Shown here piece by piece: positions 1-8,709 of a stretch of 64,000 nucleotides of DNA; position 1 is the first letter of the stretch, and each line of letters opens with the position of its first letter. The notes beneath the pieces are model-generated. The model worked only from the letters and a program-made list of their open reading frames with translations, had not been told where the DNA came from and made no database searches. The stretch lies in NCBI GenBank assembly GCA_017473615.1, contig JAFUKL010000024.1:4029-68028 (forward strand), in the 5' to 3' direction. Source of the stretch: Muribaculaceae bacterium (GTDB lineage: Bacteria; Bacteroidota; Bacteroidia; Bacteroidales; Muribaculaceae). A program made the translations under genes and the position numbers.

Positions 1-1
1 C

Positions 2-1252
2 GGTGAAATGCGTGTGAGTGCTCCTGATGGTGATGGATGGCAGGATCCCGGAAATGATCCTGCCTGGGATGCTATTGTTGCTCGGAGTGAAAGCCTTAGG
101 CGTAAGCAGGAGATGGAAAATTACTACATGGATGAAGTGTTCGGTCTGAATGCCGATAATCGGCAGCTGCTTTATGACGAGAATGTGGAAGTGCTGAAGG
201 CTGTATATGCTCAGGAACTTGTGTGGGCAAAGGATAATGCTGAGGAAAGGTTACGGATAGAGGAGACTTTTTTTAAGGCTCTTAAAGATTTGCAGGAGAA
301 GTATAAACCGGGCAGGGTGGCTGCCGATACGCCTTTGCCGACGGAAAATCCATATATCGAACAGGTGAAAGAGTTTGGCGAGTGGCTTGAGAGTGATGGC
401 GGTCAGGCTTTGACACAAACTTTTGAGCTTGTAAACAATTCGTTGAGCGGACTTTTCGGTGCGATGTCCTCTATAGTGCAGGCAGAACTTGAAATCCAGA
501 CGGCGAGCATAGAGAAACGCTATGATAAGGAAATAGCGCGTGCGGAGGGCAATTCTTATAAAATTGCCAAACTTGAGGAGAAAAAGGAGAAGGAAATAGC
601 CAAGGCTAAGAGTGAGGCTTCGAAGAAACAATTTGCAATGCAGGTAATACAGACTATCGGTCAAACGGCTATTGCGGGGCTTAATGCTTACTCTTCTACA
701 CTGGCTATCCCGCTTGTGGGTCCTGCGCTTGCTCCTGCCGCTATGGCTCTTGCTATAGCTACGGGTATGCTTCAGGTGGTGGCTTTGAAGAAACAGCAGC
801 AGGCAGCTGCGGCACAGGGCTATGCTTCGGGTGGTTTCACTCCTGAAGGTGGAAAGTATGAGCCTGCCGGTATTGTGCATAAAGGCGAATGGGTGGCAAG
901 TCAGGAACTACTTGCGTCGCCTGTGGCTCGTCCTATGATTGAGGCTTTGGATTATGCACAAAGGACTAATACGATTGGCTCGCTGAGGGGTGATGATGTA
1001 TCTCGATCTGTTATGGCTTCAACGGTTATTGCTTCGTCGAGTGACGGAAATGCTTTGTCGGAATCTTTGACAGCTCAAGCTGTTGCTCTTGCTGGGTATG
1101 CGGCTGTTATAGGTCGCTTGAATGAACGTCTTGATGAGCCTTTTGTTACGGTGAATACTGTTACCGGTGATGCCGGGATAAAGAAGGCTCAAGATGATTA
1201 TGATAAATTGATAAGAAATAAAACTCCAAAATCGAAACGTAAAAACACTTGA
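2..1252 (+). CDS. Phage tail tape measure protein, C-terminal part (5' end cut by the window edge)
   Basis: The frame is open to the left edge. It has a coiled-coil stretch (KIAKLEEKKEKEIAKAKSEASKK), Ala/Gly-rich hydrophobic segments (AIAGLNAYSSTLAIPLVGPALAPAAMALAIATGMLQ) and a GYASGGFTPEG..AGIVHKGEWVASQ motif typical of tape-measure proteins. Confidence 0.75.
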   Translation, partial: GEMRVSAPDGDGWQDPGNDPAWDAIVARSESLRRKQEMENYYMDEVFGLNADNRQLLYDENVEVLKAVYAQELVWAKDNAEERLRIEETFFKALKDLQEKYKPGRVAADTPLPTENPYIEQVKEFGEWLESDGGQALTQTFELVNNSLSGLFGAMSSIVQAELEIQTASIEKRYDKEIARAEGNSYKIAKLEEKKEKEIAKAKSEASKKQFAMQVIQTIGQTAIAGLNAYSSTLAIPLVGPALAPAAMALAIATGMLQVVALKKQQQAAAAQGYASGGFTPEGGKYEPAGIVHKGEWVASQELLASPVARPMIEALDYAQRTNTIGSLRGDDVSRSVMASTVIASSSDGNALSESLTAQAVALAGYAAVIGRLNERLDEPFVTVNTVTGDAGIKKAQDDYDKLIRNKTPKSKRKNT

Positions 1253-1253
1253 T

Positions 1254-2996
1254 ATGCAGATACTTGTTAATGGTAAAATAGCAACTCTAAAAAAAGGAAC
1301 TTCCTTTGAATTTGTGTCAGAAAACAGGTCTTTCACTGATTCTGACAGCTATTCTTTCTCTATTTCATTTCCTCTTGCAGGTTGTCCCGGAAATATTGCT
1401 ATTTTCGGACATTTGAATCGAAAGGATGTGGATAACCCGGCTGTGACGTTTGACTGTGAAATACGCGACAGAAATTTCTATAAGAGTGGTGCGATAGCTA
1501 TTGTAGAACTTAATGAAACGGAGGTTAAGGCACAGTTTTTGGAGGGTCGCAGTGCGCAGAACTATGATGTTACGCTTGATGATGTGTACATAAATGAGCT
1601 TGATCTTGGGGAGCCTGCTTCTCTTGTTCCCCCGGAGAAGGCTTATACTGCTTGGCAGGGTTTACGTTACGGTCAGGAGTATGTGGCTTTGCCTTGGGTT
1701 AACTCTTCATCGGGAAATATGCAGAATGAGGTGGTCTATAAGGACGGAGCTTACCACTGGGCTGACAGTGTGGAAGGATTGTCTTATTTCCCTTATCTGA
1801 TAGTGATAGCTAAGCGTATATGTGAGGCTATGGAATATGAATATGATTTTTCGGAATGGGAAGATGACGAGGAAAAGAAGTATCTGATTATATGTAATGC
1901 GTTGCCTTATGCTTGGGATGTTCCTCAATTTGCAAGGGCATTGCCACATTGGAGCGTAGCTGAGTTCTTTGAGAAACTTGAACCATTCCTCGCCGGAGAG
2001 TTTGATTTTAATCATAAGGAAAAACGCGTGAGTTTTGCTTTTCGCCGCAGTGCTTTAGCCAGTGCTCATAGTGTGACACTTAATCGAGTGCTTGATGGAT
2101 TCTCGACAGAGCTTACACGTGAGGATGAATGCGAGTATAAGGAAACTGCAACATTGAAATATAAGGAGTGCGGGCATAATATGCAGAAGTATTATTCTTG
2201 CAGTTGGTTTATTAAGAGTTCGCTTTTTATGACATGGAATTCTTTATCCGACTTAGCCTATGCTGTAAGATACAAGCCTGCTGAATATGCTGGTGAATAT
2301 GCACTTTATCTTCGTCAAAAACATTATATCATTGATCTTGATATGTGTTGTATGTTACGGCTGGTTTCATATTATTTGGGTTTTACCACTGAATGGAGTA
2401 TTCTAATTCAGCCGTTGAATGTTTTTGGTGAGGATGTTGTAGAGGAGGGTAATGAAAATGTAATCGAGCTTGAATTTGTACCTGTATGTATTGATTACAC
2501 AGAAATGAATGTGGGGCTTTGTGTGTTTCTTGATTTACCGAATCTTGATGCGGGGTATGATGATGAACAGGCAACAGGCTTATTTTCGAATCCTGATTAT
2601 CGCCCCTTGCCGGAGTTGCAACTTGAAGCCGGAGCACAAAGTGAAGTGAGCGAGTATTTCAGTGTGATATATGTAGCATATTGTGACGGTGTTTATTCTA
2701 CCCAATATCAAATTCCTTACCCTGCCTTAGATAAAACTGATATTACTACAGCAAACACTGTCGTACATAATCATTTTTCTATGCGGTTAAAGGATTTGCG
2801 AGTTCCGGGGTATAAGATAGACGGGCGGAGAAAGTTTCAGTTCTCATTTTTGTGGGAGGATGGTATACCAGATGTTCGCGGTGTGTTTTATATAGACGGG
2901 AAGAAGTATCTGTGTGAAAAAATTACAGCTACGTTTACGGAAAACGGTATGAGTGAACTTAAAAAAGGAGTGTTTTATCGTGTGATGGATGAATAG
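1254..2996 (+). CDS. Phage tail / baseplate-associated protein (hypothetical, 580 aa)
   Basis: A long ORF starts 2 nt after the tape-measure stop on the same strand. I recognised no catalytic motif, so the call rests on position. Confidence 0.6.
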   Translation: MQILVNGKIATLKKGTSFEFVSENRSFTDSDSYSFSISFPLAGCPGNIAIFGHLNRKDVDNPAVTFDCEIRDRNFYKSGAIAIVELNETEVKAQFLEGRSAQNYDVTLDDVYINELDLGEPASLVPPEKAYTAWQGLRYGQEYVALPWVNSSSGNMQNEVVYKDGAYHWADSVEGLSYFPYLIVIAKRICEAMEYEYDFSEWEDDEEKKYLIICNALPYAWDVPQFARALPHWSVAEFFEKLEPFLAGEFDFNHKEKRVSFAFRRSALASAHSVTLNRVLDGFSTELTREDECEYKETATLKYKECGHNMQKYYSCSWFIKSSLFMTWNSLSDLAYAVRYKPAEYAGEYALYLRQKHYIIDLDMCCMLRLVSYYLGFTTEWSILIQPLNVFGEDVVEEGNENVIELEFVPVCIDYTEMNVGLCVFLDLPNLDAGYDDEQATGLFSNPDYRPLPELQLEAGAQSEVSEYFSVIYVAYCDGVYSTQYQIPYPALDKTDITTANTVVHNHFSMRLKDLRVPGYKIDGRRKFQFSFLWEDGIPDVRGVFYIDGKKYLCEKITATFTENGMSELKKGVFYRVMDE

Positions 2997-3071
2997 GAAA
3001 ATAGTTTTTTTTGTCTTTTTCTGTCTGATAAAATTGCACTCTCTTTGTGTTGAAAAAAATATGCAAAGATT

Positions 3072-3269
3072 ATGGGTGCAGTAAGAACCGGAACTATATA
3101 TAATGAGCCACACACCCATTTTTACAGGCGAGGAGTTGGCTATGTAAGCGGTACTCGTTGGGTTGGAGAGATTACGATTCATGGGAAAAGATACCGCAAG
3201 CGGAGTGCATATCGTGATGTAGTGGAGTTTTGGCTTGAAAATATGATAAACAGATTTAATGATGAATAA
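3072..3269 (+). CDS. Small AP2-like DNA-binding protein (65 aa), tentative
   Basis: RWVGEITIHGKRYRKRSAYRDVVEFW resembles the W-x-A-x-I..GK...LG.F beta-sheet/helix pattern of AP2/integrase-type DNA-binding domains. The ORF is short, so support is weak. Confidence 0.35.
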   Translation: MGAVRTGTIYNEPHTHFYRRGVGYVSGTRWVGEITIHGKRYRKRSAYRDVVEFWLENMINRFNDE

Positions 3270-3310
3270 GTCATAATCCGTAATTATTTCTTATAACCTT
3301 TTAAAATGTT

Positions 3311-4204
3311 ATGGAATACAATATCAAGAGTATCAGGGAGGATTTCAAGGCAAAGGGTGTGTTTTACACAGATACGGCACTCGCTGAGCGACTGAAAGCA
3401 CTTGTAGGCTCATGCCATGAAGTGTACGACCCTACTTGCGGAAGCGGAAACCTGCTTGCTGTATTCGATGATGATGTGAAAAAATACGGTCAGGAGTTAA
3501 ATCCCGAGCAGTTGCAAGTGTGCAGGGAACGGCTCAAAAACTTTGAGGGTGTATCAGGCGATACGCTTGTATCTCCTGCGTTTATGGAACATCGGTTTGA
3601 AGCTATTGTAGCCAATCCTCCTTTTTCGGTAAAGTGGAATCCGCAGCCTGATGAGCGGTTTATGGGTGCTCCGTGTTTACCCCCTCCGTCAAAAGCCGAT
3701 TATGCCTTTCTCTTGCATATTCTTTATTTGCTTGCCGATAACGGGCGTGCCGCAGTGTTGAATTTCCCGGGCGTGCTTTATCGCGGGCAGCGTGAGGGTT
3801 CAATCCGCCGGTGGTTTGTGGAGAAGAACGTGATCGAGCGTGTGGAATGTGTCCCCGGCGGGCATTTTGTGGATACTTCGATTGCAACGTGTATAATAGT
3901 GCTGAACAAAGCGAAATCCACTACGGATATTGTGATGTGTGATGTGGAGAAAGGCAAGGAGCGTACCGTTTCTATTGATGAAATCCGCAGTAATGATTAT
4001 AACCTCTCTGTCAACTCTTATATCGTAGAAGAAACTCCGGTAAAGGTTGTTGACCTTTGGGAACTGGAATGTAAGGCTCGAGCCGCTGCTGTAAAACGGA
4101 TAAAAGCGGAAATCGAATTTTCCATTATGGTGAGCCGTTTCGAGGGTTGGGATGTATCCCCTTTTCTTGACGAGCTGAAAGATGTGATTGACAGCTTTAG
4201 ATAA
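3311..4204 (+). CDS. N6-adenine DNA methyltransferase (gamma-class, HsdM/N6_Mtase-like), orphan
   Basis: SAM-binding motif I is VYDPTCGSGNLL and catalytic motif IV is IVANPPFS. No adjacent specificity or restriction gene is present. Confidence 0.85.
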   Translation: MEYNIKSIREDFKAKGVFYTDTALAERLKALVGSCHEVYDPTCGSGNLLAVFDDDVKKYGQELNPEQLQVCRERLKNFEGVSGDTLVSPAFMEHRFEAIVANPPFSVKWNPQPDERFMGAPCLPPPSKADYAFLLHILYLLADNGRAAVLNFPGVLYRGQREGSIRRWFVEKNVIERVECVPGGHFVDTSIATCIIVLNKAKSTTDIVMCDVEKGKERTVSIDEIRSNDYNLSVNSYIVEETPVKVVDLWELECKARAAAVKRIKAEIEFSIMVSRFEGWDVSPFLDELKDVIDSFR

Positions 4205-4258
4205 GAATACATATATGTGATTGGTTCCAAGCCCCCGTGTAATTACAAGAATTTGCTA

Positions 4259-4462
4259 TTACGGATTAATGTTGCAAATCTTGGCGTAAGCCATAATCGC
4301 ATTATTGATAAAATCGGTCTTGCTTGTGGTGATCTGTTGCAGAATTGCATCGGTTTCGGGGGTGGAGTTAAACCCGTAATATTTGCCGTGATTATTCTTC
4401 TTGCGTCCTGCTCCGGAGCGTTTGCCACCCCAATTTTGTTTTTTTTCTTCGTTTGTTTCCAT
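4259..4462 (-). CDS. Small basic DNA-binding-like protein (67 aa), possible excisionase or regulator
   Basis: It has an N-terminal WGGKRSGAGRKK basic motif and lies between the methyltransferase and the integrase. The overlapping antisense ORFs have poorer, low-complexity composition. Confidence 0.4.
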   Translation of the reverse strand: METNEEKKQNWGGKRSGAGRKKNNHGKYYGFNSTPETDAILQQITTSKTDFINNAIMAYAKICNINP

Positions 4463-4797
4463 TTTAATATGTATATTTGCAATATAAATAAAACCCCAAC
4501 CGTGGGGGCTTTCGCCCCCTTAGGCTTAGAAAGTAATTGTAACTCTTACTTTCGCTTTGCCAACCTTAAATGAAATCGTTACTCTCATATTTAAAACGGT
4601 TGGGGATTTCCTCTTCTTTTTTCGGCTTCGAGAAATATCGTTGTAATCTCCCATTGATTACATTACAAAGATAGTAATTTTATTTGAAATAAAAAAATGA
4701 AATCAAGATTAATTCATTTTAATGTTTTTGTCTTTTCCCTCATGTCGGCATTGAGACCTGTAAAGTTTTATCTCTTTGCAGTAAGAGCTTAAAAGGG

Positions 4798-6126
4798 CTA
4801 AAAAGAGCCTTCAAAATCGAGCATTTCCTTATTGGCTTTCGTAAGATGTCGGGTGTAGGTATCGGTAATCGCAAGAGAACTGTGTCTTGCTTGGTCTCGA
4901 ACGGCAAGGTTGCTTACTTTTTTGTTTAACATCTCTGTGATTCCTGTGTCTTTTAGCGAGTAAAAGGTGTAATCTTTGTCTAATCTTAGTGCTTTGCTCA
5001 TTTTTTGCCAATGTTCAGTGAGCCACCTTGCTGTTATCGGTCTGCTGCCAGGTTCTAAATTGTCTGAAAATAGATAATAATCGGGTGGATTGTTGAATAT
5101 GCGAATGTCTAATGCATATTCTATTACTTTTCTTGGAATTGTTATGGTTTGGGTTGTTCGGTTTTTTGAATCTTCTGCCGGAATTGTTAAGGTACTTTCT
5201 TTCAGATTAAAATAGTATAGCTTTAACCTTGTTTGCTCGATTGGTCGAATACAACAATAATACAATAGATAGCATGAAAATAAAAAATGACGGTCGTTTT
5301 TTAAAAGCCATTCTGCAATTTTTTTTATGGTGTCACTTGGTATCAATTTTCGCCGTTTTTGCATTAATTTTTTTGGAATAGGGGAGATTAGCTGTGCAGG
5401 ATTGGATTTGGTATATCCTTTCTCGATACACCAATTTAATAAGGTCTTTAAGAAAGTTAAGCACGCATTACGATATATGCCGGAAAGCCCCAAGTCTACA
5501 AATATGTAATCAAGGAAATCATTGCAGAAACGTAAATCCATTTGGTAGAGATATGTTATCGGAACAATACGATTTTCGTTATACTCAAGCAGCTTTTTTA
5601 TCCTATAATAATGATTCTGATGTGTAAGTTCTCTAAAAATACCTTCCTTAAACATTTTGTCATTATACCGGCTATACTTTTCCAATACGTCTTTAAATAA
5701 AATGATACTTTCAGTATCTTGCTCTATCCATGGATTCCAACCTGTTATTAATTGTTGTGTCAATCTTTGTATTATAGAATGGGCGTATTTTCGTCGTTCC
5801 TTGATTGATTTAATTCTGTTTATCTTGATTCTTTTGCGACGCATTTTTTTGAACAAAGGATCGTATGCGTAGAACTCTATGTACCACGCTTCTTTGTTTT
5901 CTCGCAGTTTTGGGAATGTGAATTGCTTGATTTCATCAAGCGAGGCGGTATGTGAATTGTTAATTCCAATCCGCGCGGAAGACTTCTTTTTAAGCATTTT
6001 TTTATTTAGCGAATTGTGGCAATCCGCTAAATCCCGAACAAAATTTGTCCCGATTTTGTCTCGGATGTTTTGAGAAAAGAAACGCAACAAGCTGATTTCA
6101 GGCTCGTTGCGTTCGCAGTTCTGCAT
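4798..6126 (-). CDS. Tyrosine site-specific recombinase / phage integrase
   Basis: The C-terminal catalytic region has ..RHSSLAITDTYTRH.. and YSLKDTGIT. The N-terminal arm-binding-type segment is TFPKLRENKEAWYIEFYAYDP. The true start may be the internal Met at 5997 (MLKKKSS), because the 6126 start sits 3 nt from the tRNA. Confidence 0.9.
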   Translation of the reverse strand: MQNCERNEPEISLLRFFSQNIRDKIGTNFVRDLADCHNSLNKKMLKKKSSARIGINNSHTASLDEIKQFTFPKLRENKEAWYIEFYAYDPLFKKMRRKRIKINRIKSIKERRKYAHSIIQRLTQQLITGWNPWIEQDTESIILFKDVLEKYSRYNDKMFKEGIFRELTHQNHYYRIKKLLEYNENRIVPITYLYQMDLRFCNDFLDYIFVDLGLSGIYRNACLTFLKTLLNWCIEKGYTKSNPAQLISPIPKKLMQKRRKLIPSDTIKKIAEWLLKNDRHFLFSCYLLYYCCIRPIEQTRLKLYYFNLKESTLTIPAEDSKNRTTQTITIPRKVIEYALDIRIFNNPPDYYLFSDNLEPGSRPITARWLTEHWQKMSKALRLDKDYTFYSLKDTGITEMLNKKVSNLAVRDQARHSSLAITDTYTRHLTKANKEMLDFEGSF

Positions 6127-6129
6127 TTG

Positions 6130-6203
6130 TAGCGGGAACGAGAATTGAACTCGTGACCTCCGGGTTATGAATCCGACGCTCTAACCAACTGAGCTATCCC
6201 GCC
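6130..6203 (-). tRNA. tRNA with CAT anticodon (tRNA-Met, or tRNA-Ile2 if modified with lysidine)
   Basis: The reverse complement reads GGCGGGATAGCTCAGTTGGTTAGAGCGTCGGATTCATAACCCGGAGGTCACGAGTTCAATTCTCGTTCCCGCTA. It shows the acceptor stem, D arm (GCTC/GAGC), anticodon loop TTCATAA and T arm (ACGAG TTCAATT CTCGT). CCA is not encoded. Confidence 0.9.
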
Positions 6204-6442
6204 ATCCTTGTTTTGCGAGTGCAAAGGTAAACAACTTTTTTGATATTTGCAATACCCTGCCGTGGTTAAAAACGAGAAATATTAAAATTTTCTGTTTAGG
6301 AAGTTTTGGGAAATGTAGTGTGGTGGAAAGAGAGGATTAATTAAATCTATTGAGTGATAGATTTATATTGTTGCGTATGTGAATGAACGAAATTAATTTT
6401 GTGTCGAGAAAATGATTGTTAAACAAATAAAATATGATGATT

Positions 6443-6607
6443 ATGAAAAAGTATATTTGTATTCCTTGCGGTTGGATTTATGATCCTGAAGTTGGTGATC
6501 CTGATGGAGGTATTGCTCCGGGTACTGCATTTGAAGATATTCCGGATGATTGGACTTGCCCTTTGTGCGGCGTGACTAAGGATGACTTTGAAGAATATGA
6601 AGAATAG
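6443..6607 (+). CDS. Rubredoxin (54 aa; alternative start at 6434)
   Basis: My own translation is [54 protein letters not shown]. It carries the CxxCG ... CPxCG iron-binding motifs. The ORF is below the track's length cut-off. Confidence 0.9.
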   Translation: MKKYICIPCGWIYDPEVGDPDGGIAPGTAFEDIPDDWTCPLCGVTKDDFEEYEE

Positions 6608-6635
6608 GATGCTGTTTCTTTTCATAGAAAGTGGA

Positions 6636-6675
6636 GATGCGCAGGCTAAATGTTATATAGCTTGCGCATTTTTTA
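6636..6675 (+). terminator. Intrinsic terminator after the first rubredoxin
   Basis: Hairpin gatgcgcaggct..gcttgcgcat followed by ttttt. Confidence 0.55.
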
Positions 6676-6961
6676 TGATTTAAAGAAGTTGTTTGAATTA
6701 TATTGAAAAATATTATTACAGTTTTACTTGTGTCATGTTTCGGATTTTTTAAGGCTCTTTGGGCTGTCATTTTCATCAAACAGCTTGGAAATAGCCCACT
6801 ATTACCTGTGCAATTTGACGAAAAATCCATTCCAAAATATTCCTTAAAATAATATCGAAATAAAATTAAAGCAACTTCTAAAAAAATAGTGTATGAGGAA
6901 GTGAAATTTTAAGTAGGTTTTGTTGTTGTATTTATGTATCTATTAAAATAAATGAATGTCT

Positions 6962-7126
6962 ATGAAAAAGTATGTATGTGTGCCTTGTGGCTGGGTCTAT
7001 GACCCTGAAATCGGTGATTCTGATGGTAATATTGCAGCCGGAACACCATTTGAAGATTTGCCGGATGACTGGGTTTGTCCTTTGTGCGGAGCCGGGAAAG
7101 ATGACTTTATTCAAGAGGAGTCTTAA
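6962..7126 (+). CDS. Rubredoxin (54 aa), second tandem paralog
   Basis: My own translation is [54 protein letters not shown], with the same CxxCG/CPxCG motifs. Confidence 0.9.
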   Translation: MKKYVCVPCGWVYDPEIGDSDGNIAAGTPFEDLPDDWVCPLCGAGKDDFIQEES

Positions 7127-7134
7127 AACAGAAA

Positions 7135-7160
7135 AAGAGCCGTTAACGGCTCTTTTTCAA
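7135..7160 (+). terminator. Intrinsic terminator after the second rubredoxin
   Basis: aaagagccgt taa cggctcttt hairpin followed by a T-run. Confidence 0.7.
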
Positions 7161-7344
7161 TAGGTACGGATTGTAATGTTATTGTTGTTGAGTTCTGTTA
7201 TCCAATTGCCCAACATCCAGTCATATATTTCTTTATAGCCAATATATTTTTCTATGTTGTTTATTTCAATGGCAAAGTTAGGCCTGTATTAAAGGCGGCA
7301 TGTCGCATTGACACACCGCCTTAGCTGTGAGATTCTATTGAAGT

Positions 7345-8547
7345 TTATAAGTTGCAGTTTTTGAGGATTTTAGCAGGAATAGCAGCTTTGTTTACCACGA
7401 TGTCTATGGTTTTGGCAAGGAAATATGCCTCAGATACATAGATGTAGCCGTCATAAATTTGGTTGGTATCCCATGAATTCTTTACCTTATAATATTTGTT
7501 CCCTTCTTGATCTATGGCAGAACCTACAATTACCATACCGTGGTCATCGGTAGTAGTGTGGTTGTCAAAAGTCTCTTGACGTGATTCCTGTGTAACGGTT
7601 ATTTCTTCGGTAGGTCCGTTAAATTCATATTTTTCTTTTTCTCTGTCTTTATCCGATAGCTTGGTCCATCGTGCAAGTTCAGTACCTTCAAGAGAATCTG
7701 CAGTCTTTTCTTTCGGCATTAGCGCCACACCTTTTTTCCATTGGAAACCGGGTTCACTCACATCGGCTGCCCATGCTACAGAATAACCGTTTTTAATGGC
7801 GTTGTCGACAATTTCTTTTAACTCTTCGATTTTTACGTTGTAGTATTCCCCCCATATCCAGTTATCGGCAACTTCAAGAGCGAAAGGCGCATTGAACGGA
7901 TGGTGAGTGAACGAGGTGAAAGGTATATAGTCATCAATGTTTATTCCGAGAGAAGCCGCATAGCTCTCAGGTGTATATTCCTTTCCTTCGTGAGTGAATT
8001 TTTCCGGAAGTTTCCCAAGGTAGGCATCCAAAATTCCTTTAAATCCGTTAAACCATGCTGTCGACAATTTGCGGTTGGGATTTTTGGCAATTCCATTGAT
8101 ATAACCTTTAAGTCCGGCAATCATTTCATAATGGTTATGTTTTGTATCACCATAATTAAGTCCTGTATATACTTCTTCAGGCACCATTCCGTACCGTTTC
8201 CACACATAAGGAACGTCAAGGGTACTGCCACCTTGTTCAAAGTTGATTTTTTGATCCATGCGAATGTGTTTCATAGCCTTGTCGGCATAGCAGTGATATA
8301 CAACGTACATTTCGCTCAAATCCACCTCTTTTCCGGTTTTTTTCAATATTTCATTCTCCAAAAAAGAATTGGTAGAGAAACACCAACATGTTCCGGTCTT
8401 GTTCTGGTCTTTAACCGATGTTTGCTTTACTATTTTTACATCGGTAAACGAGAATCCGGTACTATCTTGATTGGTAGTTTCTTGAGAATTGGCTGAAACT
8501 CCGGTTGATAGGAGAGCAATAATGCTCAATAATACATTTTTCTTCAT
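7345..8547 (-). CDS. pepC: Secreted C1B-family cysteine aminopeptidase (aminopeptidase C / bleomycin-hydrolase-like)
   Basis: It has a signal peptide (MKKNVLLSIIALLSTGVSA), the active-site Cys context QNKTGTCWCFS, and the length and C-terminal His region (DDHGMVIVG) typical of PepC. Confidence 0.85.
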   Translation of the reverse strand: MKKNVLLSIIALLSTGVSANSQETTNQDSTGFSFTDVKIVKQTSVKDQNKTGTCWCFSTNSFLENEILKKTGKEVDLSEMYVVYHCYADKAMKHIRMDQKINFEQGGSTLDVPYVWKRYGMVPEEVYTGLNYGDTKHNHYEMIAGLKGYINGIAKNPNRKLSTAWFNGFKGILDAYLGKLPEKFTHEGKEYTPESYAASLGINIDDYIPFTSFTHHPFNAPFALEVADNWIWGEYYNVKIEELKEIVDNAIKNGYSVAWAADVSEPGFQWKKGVALMPKEKTADSLEGTELARWTKLSDKDREKEKYEFNGPTEEITVTQESRQETFDNHTTTDDHGMVIVGSAIDQEGNKYYKVKNSWDTNQIYDGYIYVSEAYFLAKTIDIVVNKAAIPAKILKNCNL

Positions 8548-8709
8548 ATTTTATATATTTGATGTTTGTCTTCTACTGCAAAAGTAATAAAAAATAGTTT
8601 ATAAGTGTATAAAAGAGCCGTATTGCGGCGTGCAATAGAACAAAATAAATCAGAATTTTGTAATTTTGTAAAAACAATGATTTAAATAACGGATATAAAA
8701 ATTACTGAA

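Larger units (their letters stand above)
1..6129. mobile_element. Integrase-proximal end of an integrated prophage. It continues beyond the left window edge and abuts the 3' end of a tRNA gene.
   Basis: Tape measure and tail genes, an orphan methyltransferase and a tyrosine integrase lie immediately next to the tRNA 3' end (6130). This is the classic tRNA-targeted integration layout. Confidence 0.75.

Noticed and set aside
251-880. 209-aa minus-strand ORF inside the tape-measure gene, plus similar antisense ORFs: 7900-8496, 13076-13573, 19818-20375, 32186-33112 (308 aa), 48618-49097 and 56146-56703.
   Set aside because: Each lies wholly antisense to a longer ORF that has clear family motifs. 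Their products are low-complexity or Cys/Arg/His-rich with no recognisable domains. I treat them as shadow ORFs.
3072-3269. Possibility that the 65-aa AP2-like ORF is the N-terminus of an HNH homing endonuclease split by a frameshift.
   Set aside because: There is no HNH-like (H-N-H / CxxC) coding potential in any frame between 3270 and 3310 or overlapping the methyltransferase start. I kept it as a stand-alone low-confidence ORF.
4217-4573. 118-aa plus-strand ORF and a 79-aa minus-strand ORF (4243-4482) overlapping the 67-aa gene.
   Set aside because: They have hydrophobic, low-complexity composition (FFFFVCFHF) from an AT-rich and poly-T region. The 67-aa frame with the GGKRSGAGRK motif is the more credible of three mutually exclusive frames, but even that call is weak.
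7159-7290. Open frame on the minus strand encoding ..NFAIEINNIEKYIGYKEIYDWMLGNWITELNNNNITIRTY with no start codon. It could be a gene remnant.
   Set aside because: It is only ~40 codons, has an in-frame stop immediately upstream and no ATG, and I recognised no homology. The evidence is too thin to call a pseudogene.
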